Shown: piece after piece, positions 1 through 9,447 of the stretch
How the letters are laid out: each line of letters begins with the position of its first letter
How positions within the stretch are numbered: the first letter of the stretch is position 1
Source: Desulfocapsa sulfexigens DSM 10523
GTDB lineage: Bacteria; Desulfobacterota; Desulfobulbia; Desulfobulbales; Desulfocapsaceae
Length of the DNA stretch: 32,000 nucleotides
Reading direction: 5' to 3'
NCBI RefSeq assembly: GCF_000341395.1
Contig: NC_020304.1
Location: 270,001-302,000, forward strand
Program-made: the position numbers and the translations under genes
The notes under the pieces: model-generated
What the model saw: the letters and a program-made list of their open reading frames with translations, nothing else
Databases searched by the model: none
What the model was told of the DNA's origin: nothing

Positions 1-1317
1 TCTGGCCTTGGCACCTTTCTGCTTGGCAGGAAGCATATCAAGGAAATCCTTAACTTTTTCGAGAGCAGCCAGATCGTCCACCAGAATCTCTTTAATTTCG
101 GGATCAAAATGCTCCCGAAGAAAACGCAGAACGCAGTCATGATCCTGGTAGACCAGTCCCACACCTTCCATTGCCTGCCCTTTCAGCTTGATCTCATTCC
201 AGAGCCTTGACAATGAACGGACATCCTTAGTAAGTGCAGTTTTAGTAACATCCATACTTGCTGTACGAACAATCCAGCCCACACCTTCGGGAATATTCAG
301 AGAACCCATGATTTCACGCAACTGCGAACGACGCTCCTCACCACTGATCTTTCTCGATATTCCAGAAGAATCAGAGCCAGGCATAAGTACCACTCCACGC
401 CCAGGAATGGAAAGATAGGTGGTCATATTGGCCCCTTTATTTCCCACCTCTTCTTTTACAACCTGAACCAGAACCTCCTGCCCCCGCTCAAGGACATCGG
501 TTACTCTCAGCTTCTTCCACTGATGCTGTTCAATATAGCGTTTGTTCTCCTCACTGATTTCCTGTTTATAGTATTCAGGATGGATCTCATTAAAGGGAAG
601 GAAGCCGTTTTTATCAGTACCGTAGTCAACAAAGGCGGCCTGCAGATTACTCTCGATGGCTACTATTTTTGCTTTATAAATATTATTTTTTGTCTGCTTG
701 GAGGAAAGAGTGGAAACATGAATGGATTCCAGCCGTCCATCAGCGAGAAGCGCAAGACGACACTCCTCTGGTTCTTCAGCATTAACAAGAAGCTTTAACA
801 GCGGTGGCTTTTCCATGGAAACAGGTTTTTCAACCGCTGGTTCCGGCTGCTTTCCTTTTCCCGGTCCCTTTGCCTGCTGGTTACTCCGCCCACCACGAGG
901 ACGTGACGGTTTGGTTTTTGGCTTCGCCTCTTCTGAAGTATCAACTTTTACCGGATCTGACCCGTCTGTCATCTGTGATCCAGCAGGCAACTGATCAGCT
1001 TCCACCAACACATCAGGTTGCTTCACCTCTGCCTTTGCCTTCTCCGCAACCTCAGCTGTCGGCTTTTTTCTGGGAACCGGCTTCTTTCGAGGGGCTCGAG
1101 GCTTGGCTGCACTCTTTACAGCTGTTGTTTTTTTTCGTGCCTTAGGAGCGGTTTTTTTCGCAGGCTCTGCCGTTTCAACAACACCTGCTGTGACATCAGG
1201 TACATCTGGAACCGTTTCCTTTTTTTTCGTACTCTTCCACCAGGCACCGGTTGATGCCTTTTTCACAGTTTTTTCCTGCACAGCCTTTTTCTTTGGCTCT
1301 GCTTTTTTGTCTACCAT
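1..1317 (-). CDS. rne: Ribonuclease E/G family endoribonuclease, 5' portion (C-terminus lies beyond the left window edge), with a lysine-rich N-terminal extension
   Basis: The minus-strand frame is open from the ATG at 1317-1315 (SD-like AAGGA 5 nt upstream) to position 1. It is absent from the ORF track because it has no stop in the window. My translation contains KLLVNAEEPEECRLALLADGRLESIHV, the S1-domain block NIYKAKIVAIESNLQAAFVDYGTDKNGFLPFNEI, and TYLSIPGRGVVLMPGSDSSGISRKISGEERR. These are hallmarks of the RNase E/G catalytic N-terminal half. An alternative start is the ATG at 816. Confidence 0.85.
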   Translation of the reverse strand, partial: MVDKKAEPKKKAVQEKTVKKASTGAWWKSTKKKETVPDVPDVTAGVVETAEPAKKTAPKARKKTTAVKSAAKPRAPRKKPVPRKKPTAEVAEKAKAEVKQPDVLVEADQLPAGSQMTDGSDPVKVDTSEEAKPKTKPSRPRGGRSNQQAKGPGKGKQPEPAVEKPVSMEKPPLLKLLVNAEEPEECRLALLADGRLESIHVSTLSSKQTKNNIYKAKIVAIESNLQAAFVDYGTDKNGFLPFNEIHPEYYKQEISEENKRYIEQHQWKKLRVTDVLERGQEVLVQVVKEEVGNKGANMTTYLSIPGRGVVLMPGSDSSGISRKISGEERRSQLREIMGSLNIPEGVGWIVRTASMDVTKTALTKDVRSLSRLWNEIKLKGQAMEGVGLVYQDHDCVLRFLREHFDPEIKEILVDDLAALEKVKDFLDMLPAKQKGAKAR

Positions 1318-1964
1318 AATTTTCCTTTACCGAAAAAAGCCAGGCTCATTTCGGTACATTTGTGACACCCCTCTTGTAAGGGCTGTTGCATTTTTTAACA
1401 GAAAAAAGACCACTCAGGAGCCATCTTCTTCCCAGCATTATATTTTGTCGTCAATTTGCCAGGCACGGGTTTTCGGGATGTGTTACCCCGCCCCCCGGTC
1501 TTGATGGGAACAGTACTTACCCTCAACACCCCTGCAACGTTTCTGACACTTTTCCTGGACGAGAAATTCAACGTATTATCGCTTAACCCCTCTTCCATAT
1601 ATTTTCCCGGGGATATCCCGGTTCTCATCGCTCTATTGATGCACTGAAAGCTTGCAGCAAAGAACAAATCAATTCATTTATTCACACTACTTTATACTGC
1701 AATCAGCACACTCTTGCAACAGCAGGTGAATCAACAAGGGGGTGGAACCCACTTTTCTCGAAATCCATCAAACAACACATCAACAGGGAAGACTGGCTGA
1801 ACAGCAGAGAAAAAGGCACGGTTGAACGTATGATTGTGTACAGGTAATGCTTTCAGCAGAGAAAGCAAAAAAACACTGTTCATCTTTTCAAAAGCACACT
1901 ACAATGCTACATGCAAAATAAAACAATTTCCCTTTATTATCAAGGCAAATATGTGATTTTAAAC

Positions 1965-1993
1965 TTGACACCAATCGCCCATCCTCGTACATT
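1965..1993 (+). promoter_or_regulatory. Candidate sigma70-type promoter upstream of lptD (TTGACA-N17-TACATT)
   Basis: TTGACA at 1965-1970, a 17-nt spacer, then TACATT at 1988-1993, about 140 nt upstream of the lptD ATG. This is a sequence match only. Confidence 0.3.
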
Positions 1994-2131
1994 TCGTACG
2001 TTGATTAGATTGCTCTTCAACAATCAGGACCATGGGGGGTTCATCTCTCCTACTCCAAAGCAATCACACCAACAAGCCAGTACAAACATTTTCTTGTCAA
2101 TAACCATGTCAAACACCTCGCACAGTTTAGC

Positions 2132-4516
2132 ATGAAAACAAAAGAAACTTTCAGGGAGTTACCTGTGACAAAACTCTTCAATCGACATTCCCCTGCTGCA
2201 TTCTCTCTCTGTCTCGGCTCTTTGCTGGCTTTAGTCTCCCAGCCCAGTTTTCTTCAAGCTGACACCATTAACACCGATGAGTGGCAGATTGAGGCCGACA
2301 AAGTCCTTCGTTTTGATACCCCCCAAAGTGTTATTGCAGAAGGCAACGTTATCCTTACCAAAATACGGACTTTACCTCCTAAACGGGAAACAGGGCTGGT
2401 GAACACTTCAGACTGGTCTGTATTGCTTGAAGAGAATCCGGCAACACCTGTTGAAGATGTTGCAGCACAGGACGTTCTAATTGACGCGGAACCCCGTATA
2501 AAAACAGAAATGACCATCAAGGCAGACTGGATTGCCTATGACGTTGAACAGAACTCCATAAAGGCAAAAGGAAATGTCTCCATCGCCAATGACACCGATC
2601 AGCTTACTGCAAACGAAGGTGTCCTGGACCTGAACAAAGAAACAGGTATATTTAAGGAAGCCCTCATTCTCCGGGACTCTATGGATCTGCACCTTGAGGG
2701 TGAGACCATTGAAAAGACAGGAGTCAACACCTACCGTATCACAAACGGCTGGGTCGTCACCTGTAAAGTCCCCGAAGAGAACACACCTCCCTGGAGTTTT
2801 GCAGCCAGCGAAACGAATGTGACTCAAGGGGAATACGCCTTTTTGAAACATGCCACCTTTCGCATCAAAGATGTACCTGTTCTCTACACGCCCTGGCTCA
2901 TGCTGCCCGTAGGAAATAAACGGCAGACTGGTGTACTCTTTCCTGAAGTTTCCAGTTCCGACCGAAACGGATTTGGCTTCAACCTGCCGATCTTTATTAA
3001 TGTTTCCGACTCATCCGACCTCACCCTCTACCCTGAATATTATGCCAACCGTGGTTTTATGCCCGGTATGGAGTTTCGTTACGTCCTTGGTACCCAGGAT
3101 AAGGGGTCGTTAATGGCCAGCTATATCTACGATGATCTTTCAGACCCCTCCGAAACTGACTACTGGAACGACACAGGATACACCCACACCAATCAGGACA
3201 GATACTGGGTTCGAGGAAAAATTGACCAGGATTTCGACAACGACATCACTACCCGTATAGATCTTGATATAGTTTCCGACAGAGATTATCTGACAGAGTT
3301 CAATGGTGGAGTCACTGGATTTGACGAATCCAACCAAAAGTTCAGCGAGGTATTTGGGCGTGGCTTCCAGAATAAAACCAGTGACCAACGCCAGAACTCC
3401 GTAAAGCTCCTTAAAACCTGGGACGGAATGGCCCTGGAGGGCGTATTTCTGGGGATCAACGATGTCAGACCTGATCCTGTCCCCTTTATCAATCCTGAGA
3501 CTGGGCTAACAGAAACCATAACCAACCCCGGCGCTCTGTGGAAACTGCCAAGTATAGACTTCACAGGTAGCCTCCCCATGGGAGAAACAAGCCTGACTCT
3601 TGACTGGGATACTGATTATGTAAATTATTACAGGGAAGACGGTGTCGGGGGACACCGCCTTGATTTGTACCCTCGCCTGAGTGCCCCAATCCCTCTCAGC
3701 CCATACCTTGAAGCACGTGCTGAAGCAGGAGTGCGGGAAACCTTATACAGCGTTCAAACCTTTGGTGATGGGGAATGGGATAAAGGCGATAACCCAAACC
3801 GCCTGCTTGGGGATTTTCATACTGAAGTTGGAACCACTCTCTTAAGAAGTTTCGGTCTGAATGCAGATAACACCAGTGGTTTCACTCATAACCTCAGACC
3901 TTTCATTCAGTATGATTTCCTTTCAGACACAGACCAGGAAGACCTTCCAAGCTTTGACTCCGTGGACTATATAGGGGAACAAAATGCAATCACCTATGGT
4001 GTCGACAATTTCTTTGATCTCTTTGGAAACGACACTGACAGAGAATATGGCTACTTGAAGATCAGCCAGAGCTACGATTTCCGCAGTGAGGCTTCCGACA
4101 CTCCTTTCACCCCCGTCAACGTCAAGCTGCGCTGGAATCCACTAACCCAAGGCTGGGTTATCTATAAAACCAATATTGATGTGTATGGAGACGGATTTAC
4201 CTCTCACAGCGTGGAAACAGCCTACGAAAACAGCCGAGGTGATTACTTCAACCTCGATTATAGATACGGAAATGATGGTGACACCCAGCAGATCAACTTC
4301 AGCGCCAGAGCACAGCTGTTTGATACCATCTTCGCCGCATATGCAATCGAACATTCCATATCTGAATCCGAGATTATTTCGCAAAACATCTCACTGATGT
4401 ATCAACCTGCGTGCTGGTCTGTTGAACTGACCTCAAGATACACGCCCGGTGACCACAGCCTCATGCTGATGTTCAACCTTGCGAACATTGGCAGTCCGAT
4501 AAATTTAAGGCTATAA
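2132..4516 (+). CDS. lptD: LPS-assembly outer membrane protein LptD (OstA)
   Basis: 794 aa with an N-terminal signal-like segment. It has an OstA-like N-domain (KGNVSIANDTDQLTANEGVLDLNKETG) and the conserved junction RITNGWVVTC...PPWSFAASE...FRIKDVPVLYTPWLMLPVGNKRQTGVLFPE. A long Y/D/N-rich beta-barrel region follows. Confidence 0.9.
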   Translation: MKTKETFRELPVTKLFNRHSPAAFSLCLGSLLALVSQPSFLQADTINTDEWQIEADKVLRFDTPQSVIAEGNVILTKIRTLPPKRETGLVNTSDWSVLLEENPATPVEDVAAQDVLIDAEPRIKTEMTIKADWIAYDVEQNSIKAKGNVSIANDTDQLTANEGVLDLNKETGIFKEALILRDSMDLHLEGETIEKTGVNTYRITNGWVVTCKVPEENTPPWSFAASETNVTQGEYAFLKHATFRIKDVPVLYTPWLMLPVGNKRQTGVLFPEVSSSDRNGFGFNLPIFINVSDSSDLTLYPEYYANRGFMPGMEFRYVLGTQDKGSLMASYIYDDLSDPSETDYWNDTGYTHTNQDRYWVRGKIDQDFDNDITTRIDLDIVSDRDYLTEFNGGVTGFDESNQKFSEVFGRGFQNKTSDQRQNSVKLLKTWDGMALEGVFLGINDVRPDPVPFINPETGLTETITNPGALWKLPSIDFTGSLPMGETSLTLDWDTDYVNYYREDGVGGHRLDLYPRLSAPIPLSPYLEARAEAGVRETLYSVQTFGDGEWDKGDNPNRLLGDFHTEVGTTLLRSFGLNADNTSGFTHNLRPFIQYDFLSDTDQEDLPSFDSVDYIGEQNAITYGVDNFFDLFGNDTDREYGYLKISQSYDFRSEASDTPFTPVNVKLRWNPLTQGWVIYKTNIDVYGDGFTSHSVETAYENSRGDYFNLDYRYGNDGDTQQINFSARAQLFDTIFAAYAIEHSISESEIISQNISLMYQPACWSVELTSRYTPGDHSLMLMFNLANIGSPINLRL

Positions 4517-4521
4517 GCAGT

Positions 4522-5481
4522 ATGCACTTTGATGTCTTCAATGGCGACGCAGACGGTATACTGGCCCTGCACCAGTTCCGTCTGCATACTCCAAGCCCTG
4601 AGGCAACCCTGATCACCGGAGTCAAACGCGACATCACATTACTCAAGAAAATCAATACCCAGGAAAACAGCCGCATCACCGTTTTTGACATATCACTTGA
4701 CTCCAATCGCAGCCCTCTGCTGTCGCTTCTTGATCAAGGCAATACTATTACCTATATTGATCACCACTTTGCCGGAAGTATTCCGGACGACAACAAGCTG
4801 ACCGTTCACATAGACCCATCCCCAACGATCTGCACATCCCTCATAGTGGACAAACTTCTCAAAGGCAAATACCGGACCTGGGCCATAGCCGCTGCCTATG
4901 GAGACAACCTCCATGAATCTGCAGAAAAGGCAGCCGCCACTCTATCCCTTACCACAGAGCAACTGGCCATGCTCCGAGAACTTGGAGAGTTACTGAATTA
5001 CAATGGATATGGAGCGGAAATCAGCGACCTCCACTTTCCTCCAGATACCTTATATCAGGCCCTGCATCCTTACGAGGATCCATTTTCCTTTCTGGCCGAA
5101 TCCAAAGATCTAGCCACCCTCCGTCAGGGCTTCACAGAAGACATGGCACTTGCCATGGAACAGAAAGAAATGTCTCCCGGAAACAACAATAGAATTTATA
5201 CATTTCCTGACGCTCCCTGGGCAAGAAGAGTTGCCGGAGTGTATTCCAATCTGCGGGCCCGTGAGAAAAAAGACGTTGCACACGCACTCATTGTGCAAAA
5301 CAGGGATAAGACCCTGCGTATCAGCGTAAGAGCTCCCTTAAACAACAGAAAGGGTGCTGATAAACTCTGTCTCGCCTTCCCCACAGGAGGAGGACGCAGT
5401 GCTGCGGCCGGCATAAATAGCCTTCCGCCAGAATTACTTGATGAGTTTCTCGCCAGCTTTCACTCAACCTATTCAGCCTGA
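4522..5481 (+). CDS. DHH-family phosphoesterase-like protein (function unknown)
   Basis: 319 aa, starting 6 nt after lptD. The N-terminal DVFNGDADGILALHQFRL and a later IDHH resemble DHH motifs I and III. The family assignment is from memory of similar annotated proteins. Confidence 0.5.
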   Translation: MHFDVFNGDADGILALHQFRLHTPSPEATLITGVKRDITLLKKINTQENSRITVFDISLDSNRSPLLSLLDQGNTITYIDHHFAGSIPDDNKLTVHIDPSPTICTSLIVDKLLKGKYRTWAIAAAYGDNLHESAEKAAATLSLTTEQLAMLRELGELLNYNGYGAEISDLHFPPDTLYQALHPYEDPFSFLAESKDLATLRQGFTEDMALAMEQKEMSPGNNNRIYTFPDAPWARRVAGVYSNLRAREKKDVAHALIVQNRDKTLRISVRAPLNNRKGADKLCLAFPTGGGRSAAAGINSLPPELLDEFLASFHSTYSA

Positions 5482-5496
5482 GGTTACTTCATTAGG

Positions 5497-6531
5497 ATGA
5501 AAAATCTCATGCCAGGAATTTTTATTTTACTCCTTTGTCTCACCTTCCCGGCTCATAATGGGATAGCAGAAGATAAAGTTCTCGCTGCTGACCTGGTCAA
5601 AAACGGCCAGAAGATCGACTTGAGCCAGGAGAAATACAGACTTCTCTTTGAGGAGCTTGAACAGGTACACCAATTCACCAAAGATGAGATTGGGGCTATT
5701 TTTAAAGGGGTGAAAATCAAGCGAAAAGTGCTCGTTCTTATGGATACCCAATGGGAAGCAAAACCCTATTACCAGTATCGGCCACGCTTCATCACCAAAT
5801 CCGTCATAAGAGAGGCAAAAAAGAAACTTAAGAAACACAAAGATATACTTGATCGCATTGAACAGGAAATTGGCGTTGACCGGGAAGTTGTAATCGCCAT
5901 ATGGGGCATAGAATCCCGCTTCGGTACCTATAGCGGTGGCTTCAACGTCTTTCAGACCCTGAACACGCTCTTTGATGCCTACCCCCGTAGATCCGATTTT
6001 TTCCGAAAAGAGTTGATTGAATTCCTTATCCTCTGCAAAGAAAACCATTACAATCCCCGTATGATTACAGGTTCTTACGCTGGAGCCTTTGGCCAGACCC
6101 AGTTTATCCCTTCAAGCTTTCGCACATACGCAGTGAGCTTTGACGGCGACGAACGTCGTGATGTCTTTAACTCCATTGATGATATCCTGGCATCCATTGC
6201 CAACTATCTTCACTTCTTCCACTGGACGCTTGATGCACCTCTCTACATTGACATTGGAAAGACTTTAACGGGACCTGAAGTCATCAAGGCAAACAGCAAG
6301 GGGAGGAAAGGAGTTGTTGATTACCTCACGGTACAGAAAGAGCAGGCCATAGCCCTTCCCATTCCTCAAGCCAACAGGCCTCTTACCATCGTCGACCTGG
6401 AAATAGATCCGAAGAAAGGTGGTGGAAAACGCTATATTGCCGGATATCCCAACTTTCAGGCAATTACGGAATGGAACCATTCAAATCGATATGCCATGGC
6501 AGTCAGTGAACTTGCCGAGGCGATCAGATAA
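5497..6531 (+). CDS. mltB: Lytic murein transglycosylase B (GH103)
   Basis: It has a signal peptide and the blocks IWGIESRFGTYSGGFNVFQTLNTLF, RRSDFFRKELIEFLIL and GSYAGAFGQTQFIPSSF, all typical of MltB/Slt35. Confidence 0.85.
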   Translation: MKNLMPGIFILLLCLTFPAHNGIAEDKVLAADLVKNGQKIDLSQEKYRLLFEELEQVHQFTKDEIGAIFKGVKIKRKVLVLMDTQWEAKPYYQYRPRFITKSVIREAKKKLKKHKDILDRIEQEIGVDREVVIAIWGIESRFGTYSGGFNVFQTLNTLFDAYPRRSDFFRKELIEFLILCKENHYNPRMITGSYAGAFGQTQFIPSSFRTYAVSFDGDERRDVFNSIDDILASIANYLHFFHWTLDAPLYIDIGKTLTGPEVIKANSKGRKGVVDYLTVQKEQAIALPIPQANRPLTIVDLEIDPKKGGGKRYIAGYPNFQAITEWNHSNRYAMAVSELAEAIR

Positions 6532-6538
6532 CAGACCT

Positions 6539-7726
6539 ATGATCAGAAAACATAGCACCTCTTTTTTTATTCTGCTTTCAGTTTTACTCCTCTTGTTAAA
6601 TAGCTGCGCTAAAGCACCACTCAACAAAGTCTCTCCTGCAGACACTCCCCCGCTTATTGACGATTCAAACCTTAACCATCTGCTTACTGCAGCAGTGCGC
6701 CATCTACACTACCTGAATAAACTTCCCAACGACACCTCATTTACCTTCGGATCCGACAGATATCCCGTTTCCTGGATCAGAGAATCCATGACATCCTTTA
6801 TTGATATCCTGAAACTGGACCCGACCAGAGACGAACTCGGTCGAATAATCAGTGAGAATTTTACGCTTTATCAGGCGGGCGGAAGAAAAGATTCTCATCA
6901 GGGTAAGATGCTGATCACGGGCTACTATGAACCTTTCCTCAAGGGAAGCCTCAAGAGAGAGGCACCCTACCTCTACCCCTTATACAGCCCTCCTCAATCC
7001 CTCGTTCAAGTAAAAGATCCCGCCAGTGGAACCCCGTTGTATAAACGAAGAAATGAAAAGGGGCAGCTCATTCCCTACTGGAGCCGAAAAGAGATTGAAG
7101 AAAATGGAGTAGCGAAGGGCAGCGAACTGGTCTACCTGAATAACCCGATCGATGCATTTATTCTCCACGTTCAAGGATCCGGAAAAATCCAACTGCAGGA
7201 TGGTTCGGTTCGTTCCATCCACTACGCTGCCTCCAATGGTCTTGAATATTTCTCAATTGGCAAATTACTTGTGGATCAGGGAAAGATGAGCCTTGAAGAG
7301 GCCTCCATCCCCTCCATTCGCGCCTACCTCCGCCAGCACCCAGAAGAGCAGGAAGATATTCTCAATCACAACAGCAAATTCATTTTCTTCAACTGGGCTC
7401 CCGATGGTGACCCAGTAGGAAGCCTTGGCGAACCCCTCGTTGCAGGACGCTCCATTGCAGTTGATCCTGAAGTTCTCCCGCAGACGACCCTGGCTTTTCT
7501 CATCAGTCGTAAACCAGTGCTGGACAAAGCTGGAACAATTACAGAGTGGATCCCCATGCACCGTTTTGTCTTTCCTCAAGACACCGGATCAGCGATCAAA
7601 GGCGCTGGGCGTGCAGATCTCTACTGGGGCAGTGGCAACTACGCAAAAGCCGCAGCCGGCAGTATGAAAGAAGAAGGAACACTCTACTTTATGATTAAAA
7701 ATAATTTCGAAAACCCGGACGAATAA
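6539..7726 (+). CDS. mltA: Membrane-bound lytic murein transglycosylase A (lipoprotein)
   Basis: The ATG at 6539 gives MIRKHSTSFFILLSVLLLLLNSC, a lipobox-type signal. MltA blocks are present: VQGSGKIQLQDGSVRSIHYAASNGLEYFSIGKLL, and a 3D-domain end with GRSIAVDP and DTGSAIKGAGRADLYWG. The track start at 6419 would overlap mltB by 113 nt. Confidence 0.85.
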   Translation: MIRKHSTSFFILLSVLLLLLNSCAKAPLNKVSPADTPPLIDDSNLNHLLTAAVRHLHYLNKLPNDTSFTFGSDRYPVSWIRESMTSFIDILKLDPTRDELGRIISENFTLYQAGGRKDSHQGKMLITGYYEPFLKGSLKREAPYLYPLYSPPQSLVQVKDPASGTPLYKRRNEKGQLIPYWSRKEIEENGVAKGSELVYLNNPIDAFILHVQGSGKIQLQDGSVRSIHYAASNGLEYFSIGKLLVDQGKMSLEEASIPSIRAYLRQHPEEQEDILNHNSKFIFFNWAPDGDPVGSLGEPLVAGRSIAVDPEVLPQTTLAFLISRKPVLDKAGTITEWIPMHRFVFPQDTGSAIKGAGRADLYWGSGNYAKAAAGSMKEEGTLYFMIKNNFENPDE

Positions 7727-7728
7727 AA

Positions 7729-8391
7729 GTGAAGAAACAGTGGCAGGTAAACTCCGCCGTGTTTCATGCACGGGCAGAGGAGTATGACAGCTGGTTTGAT
7801 AACAGCCTGCTCTTTGATATTGAGACTGCAGCTATTGCAGCACTGTCTGGTTCTCCCAAACAGCCATCTCTTGAGATCGGTGTGGGCCCCGGTCGCTTTG
7901 CATCGCATTTTGGTTCGAACTTTGGAATTGATCCTGCCCGAGGGCCTCTCCTTTTCGCAAAATCAAGAGCCATTGCTGTCTGCCAGGCAATCGGGGAAGC
8001 ACTTCCTTTTTCCAGCAAATCAATGAACAGGGTATCACTTTTTTTCACTCTCTGTTTTGTCCAGAATCCTGGGGAAGTTTTTCGCGAATCCCATCGAGTA
8101 CTCCAGGAGAACGGCTTTCTGCTCCTGGGGTTTGTGCCCTCAACGGGAGCCTGGGGAAAAAACCTGCAGCAAAAAAAAGAAGAGGGGCATCCTTTTTATA
8201 AACATGCCCGTTTTTTCACCATTGAAGAAATTAAAACACTTCTTACAGATGAGGGATTTGTTCCAGGGGAATCTGTTTCAATCCTTTACCAAACACCAGG
8301 GAATGTGACTCAAATGGAATTACCACAGCCGGGTATGGATAAAGAGGCCGGCTTTATTGTGCTTCGCTCCACAAAAAGTTATAACAGATAA
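7729..8391 (+). CDS. Class I SAM-dependent methyltransferase
   Basis: A GTG start 3 nt after the mltA stop. It has the EEYDSWFD N-terminal motif, a glycine-rich motif I (LEIGVGPGRF) and FDxV-type downstream blocks typical of Methyltransf_11-like enzymes. Confidence 0.7.
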   Translation: MKKQWQVNSAVFHARAEEYDSWFDNSLLFDIETAAIAALSGSPKQPSLEIGVGPGRFASHFGSNFGIDPARGPLLFAKSRAIAVCQAIGEALPFSSKSMNRVSLFFTLCFVQNPGEVFRESHRVLQENGFLLLGFVPSTGAWGKNLQQKKEEGHPFYKHARFFTIEEIKTLLTDEGFVPGESVSILYQTPGNVTQMELPQPGMDKEAGFIVLRSTKSYNR

Positions 8392-8444
8392 ATACATATT
8401 GTCTGCCAGTTAATGGTCACCAAAACTTTTTACAGGAGGTTTTT

Positions 8445-8798
8445 ATGAAAAAGACACTGTTTCTTACTGCCCTGCTTTCATTTTTATTTTTTCCTATCCA
8501 GGGACAAACAGAGGATTCCTATAAAATTGTCTTTGAAACCATGGATTGCAGCGGCAACACAGGCTTTGCTACCGTGGGCCCCGATGAAATTTTCAAAGTG
8601 GGAAATGGAGATTGCACTAACCCAGAAGATCCCGCTAAGAAACTGAAACAACTCCTCGTCCATGACGGCAGTGGCAGCTACAAAGTCTATACGCTGAGCC
8701 AGGAAGAGGCCAGAAATGTCATGCTTGAATTGAAAGAGTATATGAAATCCAGAAAAGGCGTTCTTGACCGATCGGATGCTGTAATTATCAGCCAGTGA
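8445..8798 (+). CDS. Small secreted protein, function unknown
   Basis: A strong SD (AGGAGG) sits about 7 nt upstream. The N-terminal signal peptide is MKKTLFLTALLSFLFFPIQG, and the mature part has two Cys. I recognise no family. Confidence 0.6.
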   Translation: MKKTLFLTALLSFLFFPIQGQTEDSYKIVFETMDCSGNTGFATVGPDEIFKVGNGDCTNPEDPAKKLKQLLVHDGSGSYKVYTLSQEEARNVMLELKEYMKSRKGVLDRSDAVIISQ

Positions 8799-8803
8799 GT
8801 CAG

Positions 8804-9325
8804 ATGAAAAACGCTATACGTTCTTTTACCACCTCTTTTCTTTTTCTACTCACCGTCCTTTCCATAGTAACGGGTTGCTCTTCAGTGCAACATACCTCAA
8901 GGACATCGATTGAAGTTGTGAAAATGCCAACTGCTGTTAATTTGCAGGACAGCGATTTTGTCAAATCAACTTTATTGGAGCAGTATAAAGAATGGTATCG
9001 AACACCATACCGGATGGGTGGCTTAAACAAACGCGGTATTGACTGTTCCGGCTTTACGTATGTCACTTTCCGTTCAAAACTCGGACGTATTCTTCCCCGA
9101 ACAACGGATTTACAAGTTCAGACAGGACGGCAGGTGGCTCGGAGAAATTTACAGATCGGTGACCTTGTGTTCTTCAAAACAAGCCTCTTTTACAAACATG
9201 TGGGCGTATACCTGGGAGATTCAAAATTCCTTCATGCCTCCACAAGCAGTGGAGTGATCATCTCAAACCTGAACGACCGGTACTGGAATGAAAACTATTG
9301 GACAGCAAGGCGTATTGACAGCTGA
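8804..9325 (+). CDS. NlpC/P60 (C40) peptidoglycan endopeptidase lipoprotein
   Basis: The ATG at 8804 gives MKNAIRSF...LSIVTGC, a lipobox. The catalytic Cys block is GIDCSGFTYVTF, and the His block is HVGVYLGDSKFLHAS. Confidence 0.85.
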   Translation: MKNAIRSFTTSFLFLLTVLSIVTGCSSVQHTSRTSIEVVKMPTAVNLQDSDFVKSTLLEQYKEWYRTPYRMGGLNKRGIDCSGFTYVTFRSKLGRILPRTTDLQVQTGRQVARRNLQIGDLVFFKTSLFYKHVGVYLGDSKFLHASTSSGVIISNLNDRYWNENYWTARRIDS

Positions 9326-9386
9326 AGAGGATTTACCTTTTTCAATTCAATCTGATCAATACTGAAATTTCGGCAGAAACCGGAAC

Positions 9387-9427
9387 AAAAAAAAGGTGTT
9401 GGGTGACTTCTCACCCAGCACCTTTTT
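9387..9427. terminator. Bidirectional Rho-independent terminator between convergent genes
   Basis: The stem GGTGTTGGGTGA (9395-9406), loop CTTC and stem TCACCCAGCACC (9411-9422) give 12 bp with one G-U pair. The hairpin is flanked by A8 (9387-9394) and T5 (9423-9427), so it reads as hairpin plus U-tract on both strands. Confidence 0.65.
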
Positions 9428-9447
9428 CTGCTTCAAAAACCTTCCAG

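Noticed and set aside
188-1504. Six overlapping plus-strand ORFs (76-133 aa) from the track
   Set aside because: They lie antisense to the continuous, motif-rich RNase E/G reading frame. Their products are low-complexity (S/F/L/P-rich), as expected from the complement of K/E-rich codons.
1386-2135. Short ORFs inside the rne-lptD spacer (1386-1586 +, 1395-1667 -, 1456-1647 +, 1911-2135 +)
   Set aside because: They have no SD, no recognisable motifs, and they overlap each other. I treat the region as non-coding leader or promoter DNA.
6419-6538. Upstream extension of the MltA ORF (track start at 6419)
   Set aside because: It would overlap mltB by 113 nt. The lipoprotein signal peptide begins exactly at the ATG at 6539.
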